Source: Pomacea canaliculata (taxonomy: Eukaryota). Taken from it: a stretch of 64,000 nt of DNA. Positions within the stretch are counted from its first letter, which is position 1. Each line of letters begins with the position of its first letter. This document shows, piece by piece, positions 12,148 through 25,069 of this stretch. The translations under genes were made by a program, and so were the position numbers. The notes beneath the pieces are model-generated. The model was not told the origin of the DNA. It saw nothing but the letters and a program-made list of their open reading frames with translations, and ran no database searches. Where the stretch lies: assembly GCF_003073045.1 (NCBI RefSeq), contig NC_037594.1, positions 13,301,353 through 13,365,352 of the forward strand, in the 5' to 3' direction.

Positions 12148-15100
12148 AATTACTAGCCACGACTTGCCAGGTTTGTGGGCGCTAGAAGGGATTGGCTGGT
12201 GCGCGCACAGAGAACGCACGCGCCTGCACACACCTAACCACACTTCCATGAAGTCGAGGTGTAACTATACATGTTCGCATGAGAGGTGCAGCCCGATACG
12301 CTTCCTCAGATATGGTTTGTCTCTAGATAAGAGGTTTAAAGTGCCATAAGTTGCTATGGAAACTACATCCATCAACTACTCGCATCATCGTTCTTTGCTG
12401 CACTCAAAATCTAATAATTGTCAAATATAAATTTCACAGCCCCAATGCCATTCAGTTTATAAATTAAAAAAACCTCAAGTGAAATAAAAGGCACGTGAAT
12501 TTAGGGGATGCTGTCAATCTTTAGAGCATCGTTCCTCACTAATATGACCCTAAGCTATCAGTCATTTCCAGACAAGCCCTCCCTTGCTTCGTGAAGTTTT
12601 TTTGCAGAAGATAATATTCATCGCTTCCTCCACTATATTGAAGTAGTGAACTTTTCATTATTGAAAAAACCTTTCCGGGAATCGTCTTGATGTTTCATTT
12701 TGCATGCGTAATTCTTAACGTACGGCCGACATTTTTTAATATTACACAATTATTCAGTTCTTTTTGTGACGAGTAAACATGCTTTGCATAGATATATGTG
12801 GAAATATTTCTTGCAGAAGGAGTAGACATGTTTCAGAGCTTTAATTTGTATTGAGGACTCCAAAGCAGGCGACGACGACGACGACGATAACGACAGTTGG
12901 CGAGGTTAGGAGAACATTGACTGGTGACATCGTATTTAACAGAAAATGATCGTCCCTGGAAATAAAATTCACTGCGGTTCAAATTCGCTGATGTGAAAAA
13001 CTTGAACGAAGCAAATGAAGTAGGTGGGAGAGAACAGTCTGTTAATATTTCCTTCGCATTTTTGTTTACTGAAGAATAGTAAATCCAATGGGCTTTCAAA
13101 TCGTGGAACTTTCTGTTCGTGTTAAGCATCCTTAGGCAGTCTCCAAAAGAACGTACTATTTCTGTGCTAGTCCTGTTCGTGTTTGTCTGAAAAAAAATTA
13201 AACACTTTAAATATTTAAAGAAACCGTTCCTTTCGTAATTTCATGAGTGAATGGTCAAAATGTCAGCACGACAAGCCGGTTACAAGTTAAATTTCGTTTT
13301 TAAACATAGGTGCATTCAATAGCAACTTCGACATTTCAAGCAGGTTTAAGGGCTTTCGTATACACACGTTTTAAAAGTTTTGAGAAGGGTGTTTATCTGC
13401 TAATCTGTCACGCGCGGTCTAGACTCAATGCGAGAACATCACTAAAGAAACTCATTATGATCTCAACGAACCCTCCAAAATCAGCCTCACCTCCCAGACA
13501 GCCCCTTCCAGACACCCCCTCAGCCAGTCTGCCCTCCCCCCCCCCCCCGAGCGCCCAGGTCGTTCCGACGTCCTTTGCCTCACTTTCTACAGTTCTTTTC
13601 CAAGTCTGCTTTAGTCTTCCAACCCTCCTCTTCAACTTTAATTACTTACATGGCTTTAACACTAACAGCAGTTTTGAAAAAGAAAGTCCTTTTTTTTCAA
13701 AAACCTGTGTCAGCTGTTATGTCAAAGCACGGATAAATTTTCAAATATACGTTAACAGATTAGAATACAGGACATTTATTTTCGACTTAGATCTTGTAAC
13801 GAAAGCAACAAGCATCGGATATTTATTTTTGACAATAAAGGATAATTTTCTTCCACGATAGCCGAAACTCACACACATACTAGTGTCGGCCGCAAGCGCA
13901 TACCTGTGTTGATGGTGTGAAGCGGGGTGTTTCTCCTCCCTCCACCCTACCCCACCTGTCAGATACCTAACGCGGAAGATAACGGCAGTAAGCCAAGCCC
14001 TAAGGTGTTTATGCAGAGAGCAAGAACGACGGCGAGGATTACGACGAGGAGGCTGATAAGTTAATCGCCATCCGTCCCGTCCGCTGATTTAATGAGGAAA
14101 CGGGACTCTTGGTCGTGGGCTATGAAGGGCCATAACTCAGGCGGAAAGTTCACCCGAAAAAATCGTCCCGACCTTATTATTCATTCTTAATTGCCTAAGC
14201 TGGCCCAGGTAATGGAGTGAGGATGATGTGTTAAGCGAATCAACAGCTCCTGCTAATATGGGTTAAAACAATCGAGCAGCTGTTTATGGTCGAGGCTTGT
14301 TGCTTTGGTCAGCAACTCCTCGGCATGCCATGAAGCTGAATGTTCAGAGGAGACTGATGCTGTTACGTCACCAAGCTTGCACTCCTACTTCGTGATGGAC
14401 CTCTGATGGACATATACCCCTCTCTCCTCCCCACCCTCTGCTTCTCTTCCCTCCCTCACTCACACATACATGTGTAGTTGTCTATGCATATTATGTAGTA
14501 ATAAAGATGTGATTGTGGGGATGCTATCATATCCTTATCGTTTATCCTATTCTGGACTTTTGGTTATACCTACTCAATTTTTTTATGATTTCAATCTCAT
14601 CTACATTGGTGTTAAAACTACTTTGTGAGTGACCTCAGTCTGAAAGTAGCGTTGACATGCAGCTCAGATCTCTTTCTCTTTCGTCTCTCTCACGCACGCA
14701 CGCGTGCTCACACACATGTATTCATATCAGCATGCGCACACATACTCTGCGTCTACCACGACATATTTAACAGGAGCTGTAAGAAATATAATGAATGGTG
14801 GCGCTTTGTCTGGTTATGAAGGGATTTACCAAGACAAGAAGCTTTTAATAAGATAAATGTGGACGCCTGGCTTTTCCGCTAACGTATGCTCACAACTGTG
14901 GCGTGCTGCATGCATACACTTTATTGAACGAAAACTTGCACATCTGGCTCTAGTCTTGGGTACGTACACACATAAGTGAAGTGAAGTGAATCTGTTGAAT
15001 CAGTTTTATTATTAAAGGATAAACAAATGTATAGGTGACGTCAGACACCAGAAGTGCAAGGAGAAAAATGTTATCGGCAACCACCCGATATGAGGTTTCG

Positions 15101-17379
15101 GAGCGTTATGTAATAGTAACCAGGGTATGCTCATAGGGTGAGATTAACATTATATCGACACACACACGCACAGACACGCACACAAATGTACATGCAACAC
15201 ATGTATAAATGCACACATTAACGCACAGATCATTGGACGTTAGGACCGCACAAGAGCAAGAGGTATTCAAGAGGGACAAACGGAAAATGTTGGTAACATA
15301 TAGACACTATTCTTCTTGAAATAACCACGGACAAGGTAAAGGAAGAACAGAACTAGGAAACAACACAACGACGTGCGAGCGAGCCCCCAACGTCATGTGC
15401 TGAGTAAGTGAAAGGTGAATTAGCGGTCTCATTGTGAAGGTTTCTGGTCATGAGCTGAGGGTCTAGCGGCCAAAGGTCGCACACGTCATGACTACAAGTG
15501 TCACACATGCTAACTCTAGCTCACTATAAATGTGAAGAACCAGGAATCCCTTGGGACAGGTAGATGCTTTCCGACGGGCCTCAGTGGCCATTGACTTTCA
15601 GTCCAATGTCTCCCGCAACACGTGATATATATATATGTGAAACCTGCCAAGATTCAAAAATAACTTCATAATAATCCTTTGTTAGCTGTGTGTGAAATAA
15701 TAATCTATTGTAGGTGAAACTGTAGGATACAAGGCAATGTAAGCTAATATCAAAAGTAAGCATGTAAAAACAAACCATAAGGACTGTGCAGGTATGTTCT
15801 GCTGCTCCAGTCATGTAGTACTAGACTCTTTTTCAAATTACAGTACTCAAACACGAGAGTTTTCCAAAATCTGAGTGAAAAACCTACTTCCAGTCTCAAA
15901 CAGAACCTTAGTATCACCATCGGGCACCATCAGCTAAGTTAAAACAGAACATACAAGGATATGCTTTAATAATTAAGGCTTAATTACAGAGTTGGGATCA
16001 TTATTTAGGAGTTAACTATATTAATAAGTAATATCCGGAACATTTGCTAAAATTGCACTCTTTGTAGCTCTTAACCCCGGAGACAAATGTCCACTTAAAC
16101 GTAATCATTATTCGATAGAAAAAACAAGTTTGTAAGAATGTATACAGAACTGTCTGAAATCCATATAGAGACTAGAAGGAGTAATTAATGTTTTATACCG
16201 TGTCATCAACTTTGCCTAAATTACGGCCAAGCAGACGACCCTGAAAAGAGGCGTCCAGTGCAGAGAAAGAACAGCGTGTCCAAGGTGAGATGTGAACCCA
16301 GGACATCCCATTTTCTTTGTATTTTGTGAAGAAGCCACCAGGCTGCGCGATTTAAAAAGAACTGAAGGCAGTTAACAGAACAGGACTGCTTTTAGAAGGC
16401 AAATTGCAGTTCTAGATTACTTTTAATTTTGCATTACTGTCTGAAGCAATGTTTCCGAACTCCTGATTTATTTGATTAAAAAATGAACAAGTCACCGACA
16501 GCACAGAAAGACAATCAAGTAAAATCTTAGTTAACAACGTTTTTTTAATCACCCAGAGATAACAGATTCAGTAATGCACAAATTAACGCAAAAAAAAAAA
16601 AAAACAAAAAAACAAAAACCCAAAAAACTCACACGCTCCACAGGTGCTTTTGATTAAAAAAAACAACCTTTAGAGTGTACTTTCGCTTCACAAACACGGC
16701 CTCGAATTTATGTCGGTCGATCCCTACTTTGATCCGTGAGTCTACAGCAGCCCACATGCAGGAATGGCTCTCTGCTTTAGGAAGCGCTAGGACATCTTTC
16801 AGTATTGATATTGAGCAGCCGTGGACACACGACTGATGTTGATGTTGACGGTTTGTTTCAGTGTCCATTCATCTACAGCCTCGTTTCCACAGACTGTATT
16901 TATACAATTAACGTACGCAAGACGGGAAAGACATTGATATTCTTCCTCGGAGAGAAAAATGAATGAATGAAAGAAGAAAGAAGTGGAAAAAAGGAAACAG
17001 TTGCCATCCATCTTCCTTGCTTGAAGGACGTTTTTTGGACATCTGCAAAAAAAACGTTGTCAGAGCATTGCAGCAACGCAGACGCAGAAGGCACGTTGTA
17101 CTAAAATTACATGGAAGTGATCTGGCTAAAAATCACGTGGCATAGTCTGCACTACAGCCATATGCAGATGGCTACTGGACCGCAAGTTCCATGTTTCTAG
17201 ATGTATTTGATTGCAACTTCCGTATTAAGTGTACATTTCATACGCACTGCATTTCAAAAGTCCAGAGGAACGTGATGAAACTGAAAATACCAAAGGAAAC
17301 AGGCCAGTGAAGATGCGGATAGTACGGAAGTACCCGGGTGGATAGCTGTCTAGCCTTTTACTCATCAAAGTCAAGTGCC

Positions 17380-18450
17380 TGGCTTGGGGGCTAGGTCACG
17401 TCCGGTTGTGCATAATAATCTGGATCACGTGACTTGAGTCATTTGTCCTTAACAAATTGTCAGTTCGTGGCTGGTAGTCCTCTCGACCACAGAACACCGT
17501 CTGTTTGCCTTCATGCTTCAGCCTCCTTCCAAGTAGCTCACACTTTTCGACAACATGCGTTTTATGGACCCACAGGTCTACAGGCCGACGTCTGGGAGCT
17601 GAGGGAGGACAACTCATGCGAGTCGCGCGACGTTGACCAGGAACGACAGAAGCAGAAGCAACACCCTCTCTCGACCTTGGTGGCGAGGGACGATGCGATA
17701 GGCTGATTAGGCCTCCAGCGCGCGCTGGCACCCACGACTTTTGGTTTCATGTGCCGACTTTAGGCGAACAAGGAGGGGTGAGAATTGAGGGGAAGATGAT
17801 GGTAGTGGTGGTAGTGGTGGGGGTGGGGTAACGCCGTCTGCTGGCAGCGGATGGACGTCACGTCACAGGAAATTAGGCGCTGGCGGAGAGTTGGGCGCGT
17901 CACTCGCGATTAGCTGCTCAGCGACTGATGAGGTGGGCAAATTTGATCAAGACGGGACTCGCTTTCAAGGGGGGAGAAAATTCCGTCGCCGCTAGTTTGG
18001 CACGCTGGAAGGTGCCGAGGCCGGACAGGACGCAGACGACCGTAGGGACCGTCAAGGGCAATAACTCGTTCAGATCCATCACGCCAAGATGTTCGTGGCT
18101 AGTCCAAGGGGAGAGCACACACAAAAGCGCTGCGCGTGTGCCTTCCACGCTCTGCACGCGCTGTTGTGTGGGTCGCTTTTGTTACGTGATTTAACGATGC
18201 TCCAACCATTCGCGCCTGCAATTATTGAATCCACACTATTCCCATCGGACGTGGGCTGACCGTTGAGGCCATTTGCGTCAAACAGAAGGTCAGCGACGTC
18301 TGGGAACATCCGGGGCCGTCCATCTTCCCTAAATCCAATTTGGAAACAAGTGTGTGAACTGAACTCCGCGGGCCACAGGCGGAGGACCACAGTTCTGTTG
18401 ACGGAGGAGACGCCAGATCTGAGCATGCGCGGTCTGCATTGCTGCTAAAT
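17380..18450. promoter_or_regulatory. Upstream CpG island (~1 kb), ~7 kb 5' of the Lbx ATG: candidate alternative or 5'-UTR-exon promoter, or divergent non-coding RNA promoter
   Basis: CpG density is high throughout. There is a CRE-like 'gacgtcacgtcac' at ~17855 and 'cgcgattagctgctcagcgactgatgagg' nearby. Overlapping ORFs lie on both strands, as is typical of GC-rich non-coding sequence. Confidence 0.3.
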
Positions 18451-19159
18451 CATCTTCTGCGCAGACATGTCTGTTTGCATTTTGCTGTTTTTATGTGCGT
18501 TCTCTCTAGGCACACTCTGGCAACGAAACGTTGGTCTATCCGGAATTTTGGCGCTGGACAGTTTACTTAGCGGAGCAGCCAGAAACATGGACCTAGATTT
18601 ACAGTAAATATATATCCGTGGCCAGATGAATGCGAAACTCGCGTGTGTACTCAGTCAGGAGTAGTCCATATGGACAAGTCACACGCTTTACGGCAAAAGG
18701 CACTTTCATGGCTGGCTAGAGAGTTCACACATTCAGCCTCACCCTAAATCCCGTGAAAGTTCTGAGTCTGGAGGGTGTGCGAGAATGGGTGGAAGGCACT
18801 TTAGTCTGGCGGTTAGTGTAGTAGGAAGCATGAAGTCGTATTGAGCTTGGTCCCACAGACCGGTAAAGACTATGCCCTTTCAGCAGCAATGGTCATGGTT
18901 TGTCAAGGAATGTACAGGCAGCGGAAAAAGGGAATTTTCCGTCTTTCCTTTGCTGTGTCTTAGACGCGCTGAACATATTGTACTTGATCACCCCTTGAGG
19001 CACATTTACTTAAACTCACACTACCTTAAATCTGGTGCGAAAAGAATAGGACATGACAGGAAATGTAATATTCCTGCAGAATGTTGAATGATACTAATGA
19101 AATTAATGACAGAAGACGATTTAATGAGATTAAAATAAGAAACAACATAATAAAAATAA

Positions 19160-19215
19160 AAAGAGGATTTATGTAGCACTTTTCCCATGATTTGCTCAGA
19201 GCCCTTATCATCAAC
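19160..19215 (-). mobile_element. Minus-strand fragment of the SINE-like family (reverse complement 'gctctgagcaaatcatgggaaaagtgctacataaatcc')
   Basis: It shares the 'gagcaa...gtgctacataaat' tail motif. Confidence 0.3.
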
Positions 19216-21684
19216 AACCATGCATCCATATTCGCATAAACTTTACAGTTTAAAACTATTCCATCACTTTCGTCAAGTAAAGAATTTTAATAGTGTTAAA
19301 AATTATATTTATATGTACTCTTTTGACCTACACAGGCGATAAACCGGAGCAATAAAAAAGGATGTGTAAAGAAAGGAAAAATGGATAAAAGGAAAGAACA
19401 GCAAATGTGATGAGCTTGCAGTTCAACTGAGAAGGACTATGATGCCAGTGTATTTAGTAAGTTAACACTCAGTTTGAAAGTCATGCTAAAATATGTATTT
19501 TCTTTTACTATAAAAAGCTATAAGGCATAACGTTCGGCGGAAATTATATATATAAAATATAGAAATAATATATATATAACAAATAAAGCTATAAATATTC
19601 AGAATTGTTTTACTAGATTCAAAACTACAGAAAAATAAACAAAAGAAAGAGAAAAAATTCAGGAAAGAAAGAGCAACGGTAAGGTTGATGGAAAGATATT
19701 ATAACACGTTAGAATGGGGTAAAATGGATCGGAGAATGATTAGAATGTAAGTCAATCATGAAACAGAAATCCTGCCATACAGGATGAGAACTGTTGGCAG
19801 AAGGAAACAAGGTTCAGTGGGAAGACAACCCGAGTCCAAGGGAAGACAATCCGCACACCCAGTAGCTCACCTCCAGCCTACTGCTGGCGTGTCGGCTAAC
19901 GGAGAAGCAGACTCGAGAAATCGTAACGGACAGCCTCGGGAGGGGAGTTCGAGTGCGAGACGTTCATTGTATCTTCATCTTTTCTCCTCTACTCACTGTC
20001 GTCGCCGCCGACCTGCTGTTTCCTCACCAAGCATCTCGACAATGTTTGGCTGCAGCGTCATCAGCCTTCGTGTGCAGGAACATGCCACATTAACATGGCG
20101 CGAGGAGCAACAGGCCCGCAGTGACAGGCTGGCGTAGGGAGGCAGCGGGCAGGAGGAGACGACATGTATCAGGTCCAATGCGCCTTGTCACGAGAGTCCC
20201 ATGCAACACACCATCACATCCTACAGTCGGGTCGTCCGGTGCAAACATTCCTTATGCTCTCCCTTGCCTCGCGTGGAACGTGACGTATGCGCAACGGAGA
20301 TGCGTCCAAGAAGGGGAAAAAAGGGGGTGGGGTGGGGGATGCGTCGGAGATGCTTGGAAAAACAAAATAAAACATGATCTGACATCTGTACGATGGGTAG
20401 AAATGTGAAATCAACGGTAAGTTCCTTGTTCACATGTTTTGTTCTTCTTCTGTCTGTCCCAAACCTTGTTACGAAATGCTACTAGAAATGAAATCAAACG
20501 AGTTCGTTGCTTTGCCCTCGGACGGTTACAAAACATATGTAGTGTTCTGTGTCACAAGGACACATAAGTTTTCTTAAAGCGCTGTAAAAAGCGTTCTGTA
20601 CTCAAAGTCGCAAAAACACAAAGCCGCTCACAAATATATAACAGCAACAAGCAGTTAAACGCAAACAAAAGCGAAACGTTGAGTCAAACACAATAACCCT
20701 GTGCTACATATGGGGCCAGTTGTAAACATACTTTTAGTGTTTTGAAACATTTTTAGGCCTTACATTTATTTAATCATTTTTAATAGATTTTTACATATTT
20801 TGATATAAATATTTCTTAGAGGTATAAATATTTAGATATTAAATCATCATCGTTAATTCGTGAGATAAGAATTAGAGAGTGATGTTCTCTCGCCTTTTTG
20901 GCTAGATGGGACTGCCTTTCAGAAATTCTTTGGATTTTGACATTTCTCACATTATTTTAAATTTTTGAGTCCATGATTTCCTTCATTGTGCACCTTGATT
21001 GTGTGATTGTACTGGACTGTATTTCGTGACCGTGGCATTTCGTTTTCCTGTCAAGACTTCAGCTCATCTGTTGACTAACGGTCTTTTCTTCGACGACGCC
21101 ATTTTCGACTCAGTCCAGTTTCTTGTTTGTGTATGATCGACAGCAAGATGAACCTTGTAATGTGGCAAAATTGCTTGATGACTAGAGCAGCAAACACTTT
21201 GTGCAGCTGGTTTGACCCGCGGAGAGGTTTATCCTGCACATTCTCGATCCGTTCTTTCTACTGACTTCCCCGATGACGTAAGCAAATGCAAATCCAAACG
21301 GTAAATCTTGGACGGTGACAAGTGAAACCAGGCTGCACAGACAGCTCTGATGGTCCATTATCTTCTGTCTACAGGATATTTTTTTTCACCTAATGTGCTG
21401 TGAATTTTGTGAAATTTGTGCATTTGCTTTGAGCTCATAGTCTTGTGGGTAATAGGTTAGAACAGCGTGATTAGCGTCACGCGCCTGTTACTTACATTGC
21501 CGTCACAGGGGAAACAGTCCCTCAAGGAGCTACTTGGACAGTCCTGACCATACTAACCTTAACATGATTTTCAGTGTGAGAACATTTTTTTTTTGAATTC
21601 TTTTGCGTAGATCTGTTTTTATTTGAATACCCGTTGTCTGATCTTCGCTTTTTTTTGCCAGGATCCTCGTCCTTGTGTTGGAGT

Positions 21685-21900
21685 GCGATCCGGTGGCGCA
21701 ACAGTTAGTATTTACCACCAGTACAGCGAGATTGGCTATCCTGGGTTCAGATCTCGTCTCGGGCATTCTGTTCTTTCTCTGCATAAAAATATTGACTGGC
21801 TTTTTGTAAAGCGCTGTGAACCTGGGGTATCGTGCTATATAAGGTTACTACTACTACTAACGCTACTAATTATTATTATTAATTTTATTATTATCGCTCT
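21685..21900 (+). mobile_element. SINE-like element with a tRNA-derived head (A-box-like TGGCGCAACAG, B-box-like GGGTTCAGATC) and a 'agcgctgtgaac...gtgctatataaggtt(ACT)n...(ATT)n' tail
   Basis: Pol III A/B-box-like motifs about 45 nt apart are followed by a body and an A/T-rich trinucleotide tail. The tail motif recurs at five other places in the window. Confidence 0.5.
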
Positions 21901-22282
21901 CATTACCTCTCCCGCTGAGTGCATGAACATTTTCCCTCCTTATCTTTGTAGATGTAGCTATCCAGCCAGTTCTCTCACATAGCTCCTTTCTCTTGCACCA
22001 GGCGTGGAGACTACAGTCAGTTCCATCTTCTTGCTAGGTTGTAAACAAATTTGTTTCTCGCTTAAGGAGTCGCAATGGGGTTAAGAAAGCCATGTTTCTT
22101 ACTTTTTTGTTTTACGGAAAAAGACCCCTTGCATTAGTCACTGAAGCCATAAGACGCAGAAATTTACAGCTATGGACCAAAGTTCAAAGAAACTTCTCTG
22201 CTCCTTACTTTTCACAGAGAGGACATCTTGTAACAGAGAATTGTAGTTACGAGTAATGCCACCTGAGGATGGGAGTTGAGTG

Positions 22283-22306
22283 GTGGTGGTGGTGGTGGTG
22301 GTGGAA
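22283..22306. repeat. (GGT)n microsatellite
   Basis: Read directly from the sequence. Confidence 0.9.
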
Positions 22307-23379
22307 GAATTCTCTATTTTGTTGACCACTTCCAATCTTTAAAGGTGAGAGAGGGGGGACGATTTGATTTCGTGTAGCCTTAAATACCGTTCAGTTTTAG
22401 GATTTTCTGTGGTGAATGACAATATATTTCATCCAGGCTAAGACTACAGAGCAACCCCCCTACCCCCCAAAAAAAAGCATGAGGTGGTCGGGTAATTGCA
22501 AATAGCATTCTTAAAAATCACTTAAACTCTGTTGTTTATCTATCTATAAGTTGTTTAAGCTTGTATTTTGGTTGGATAAGGACTTTTAAACATTTGGAAA
22601 TTTTCGGTTCATTCCTTCCTACTGCGACGTGCCCAACTGACGAACTCATCTCTATCAAACAATCAATGATTAATCATCAAAGCGAAAAAAAAAAAAATGT
22701 AAAAGCACAGTTTCTCCGTCGGTTGTCTCGTGGTTTCGTGTGCTCAAGTTCCTTTGGGTTAGAATGTACTACTCCTGCTGTTTGTGAGGGTTGTCGCAAT
22801 TTGCGAATTAAAACGCTGATAAATGGGGTTGGTGTCAACCTGAAGTTTCTGGTGCATTCTTCTGATTTCGTGTGAGTTGTCCAAAGGTGATTTTGCATGT
22901 CACGTGAATCTCTCTCAATAAAAGACGAACATTAATGAACCAACATTTACCGTGTGTCCCATAGCATGAACTAGCCGCAACATAGACTTTGTGGGCTTTG
23001 TGACACGCGGCTTGGTCAGTTCGTCCACAACTCAAGAGTGTTTTTTTTTTTTTCACTAAATCTGGAACATGAGAGACAAATTCTTTAAATGAACCGTGTG
23101 TGACAGCACCATGTCACGAGTATTCTCTACACGTTAATACTTCACTAAGCCTTCAGGGATAGACAGAAGGGAGAAGGAGGGGGTGGGGCAGAGCACGCGG
23201 AACCAGCGAGGCACGAAGAGGGAAAGGGCGACAGTGTGATGGTAACTGAAAAGTTGGGCTGCCAACGACGACGATGGTGTCAGGCCAATGGCTGTCCTTT
23301 CTCGTTGGCTATTTCGCGTGTCTTCTTGTAGCTCGTGAGGCTTAATCGGCAAGAAATCGAAACTAATGAGGGCCGGGCC

Positions 23380-24480
23380 TCCAAGAGTTGTCTCCCCCCC
23401 CCTCTACACACACACACACTTCCTACCCTCCCCCCAACAACCTCCTATGAGCCGCGCAGCTAATTAATTTCCATCCGCGCACGAGCTCATCTGTCTACGG
23501 GCTGTCGGAGACCGAAGGAGGAAGCAAGCCGCATACCGGTCTGCCGCACGGGCTGATTACTCGCGGCTCCAGCGCGCGCCTGTCTGATTAGCACCCTTGG
23601 CAAGCAAACGGCGCACGGAGGACGCACGCGCGGCCTGCAAAATAGTCCCGCCCTTCGCCCGGCAAAAACACGCCTTCTGGACCCGCCTCGCTCGCTCCTC
23701 CCGTCCTGCGCCAAGGGCCAAGAATCGGAGGAGGTGCGGCCGTGGCTGAGTTGTCATGCTTGTTCCTAGAGCACCGGCCAAAAGCAGACGAGCCAAACCT
23801 CGTTTGTTTACAAGCGAAAGAGACGGAAGGTGTGTGTGAGTGTGAGCGGAGGGGGGAGACGACCGTGAAAAGCAACAAGCGAACATTTATTGTTTGAGCT
23901 GGCGGCGGAGGACGGTAATCCCAGGGCAAAGAAAAGAAGTCGCGACATCGGCCCCCCACCCTTTCCTCCCTACCTACCCCGTGTTTGACATGCCGCGCTG
24001 GTGTACATCGGGGCCAGACACGTTACCTGCCTGCCATCCATCCCATCACAGCTTGGCTGGAGCTATGCACGCTGGAATCCGCTGACGGGAGAATGTGGCG
24101 GTGGAGGCTGATAATCGCTCGGTTCTTCTGTATCTGACGGCGCAACTTTTTTTCAACGTGTTAATCGTCGTGCGTTGGAGTGCACGGAAGGTGAGTGATG
24201 AGTGCGGATGTGTTTCATGCGACCGAAAAGTGTTGGCTGCCAGAAACCTCGCACAACTACCGTCAGCACCACGAGGAGATAATTCTGGACGGCGTGCACA
24301 AGTTCGTATTGTCGTCATCATCGACATCATCGGCAAGCCTTGATCCACAGACAACACTCCCAGGAACATTTGGGAGGGTTGATTCTCTGGTCTAAGAGTG
24401 GCAGACAAGGGGTTATCTGCCTCAGTGACATGCGCAGTGACATCCAGAAGCCGCCGCGGTCGAGTTGGTAAAGACAGGGC
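23380..24480 (+). promoter_or_regulatory. CpG-rich putative Lbx promoter / 5' UTR region containing a palindromic TAATTAATT homeodomain site (23461..23469)
   Basis: There is a sharp rise in G+C and CpG density (e.g. ccgcgcacgagctc, cggctccagcgcgcgcctg, gcgcacggaggacgcacgcgcggcc) 0.6-1.7 kb upstream of the ATG. The transcription start site cannot be determined from sequence alone. Confidence 0.45.
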
Positions 24481-25069
24481 GTGAATGCCATGCAACAGGC
24501 AGTCATGGGTTTTCGTGTCAGTTAACCGACACTGTCTACTGACTACAAATGATCTGTTGCAGCTACTTAAGAAGACGACACCTTGTACTTTTGCTTTGGC
24601 AGGCTGCAAGCTCTCTGCGCGTGGTGATTGGCTTACACGCCCAGGAACACTCATCGAACCTCTTTTCTGCGACCGACCTCTGTCCGTCATGTCAACTTCA
24701 TTAGCCTATCAATCGCGCATGCCCTTCCGAATCAGGCTGGGTGTACACGACATTTGATCTTGCCTGGAGAGATAACCTGTGTTGGTAGAAAATTACAAAA
24801 GTGTCGCAAGACTGAAATTATAATGTTATCTGAAATGTTACAAATGTTAACTGAAATGCACCAAGGTTAATATCGTATTCTAAGACCGTCTCAGTGACAT
24901 ACCACAGCTTGGATATCACGGAGGAGAAGACTGCACTCACAAGTAATCTGTAGCAGTCCCGCGACTGCGTTTCCCTGACGAGGACATCCAGAACTCAGCA
25001 GAGAACCACGTGACTTCAGTATTGACAATCTGCGCCACGAGTCCCTCGCCGAGACTGGAACCCTGGTCA

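Noticed and set aside
13310-13861. 183-aa plus-strand ORF
   Set aside because: It is dominated by a Pro/Ser low-complexity run (PPKSASPPRQPLPDTPSASLPSPPPPSAQ) produced by C-rich simple sequence. No domain is recognisable.
24046-24690. 214-aa minus-strand ORF just upstream of Lbx
   Set aside because: It lies in the CpG-rich putative promoter and 5' UTR. There is no recognisable domain. Arg/Ser-rich composition is typical of spurious ORFs in GC-rich DNA.
25010-25069. ORF-track start at 25010 ('MTSVL...')
   Set aside because: The codon at 25010 is GTG, which the ORF caller counted as a start. The first ATG is at 25070 and the best Kozak ATG is at 25082. The resemblance of 'MTS' to the human LBX1 N-terminus is coincidental.
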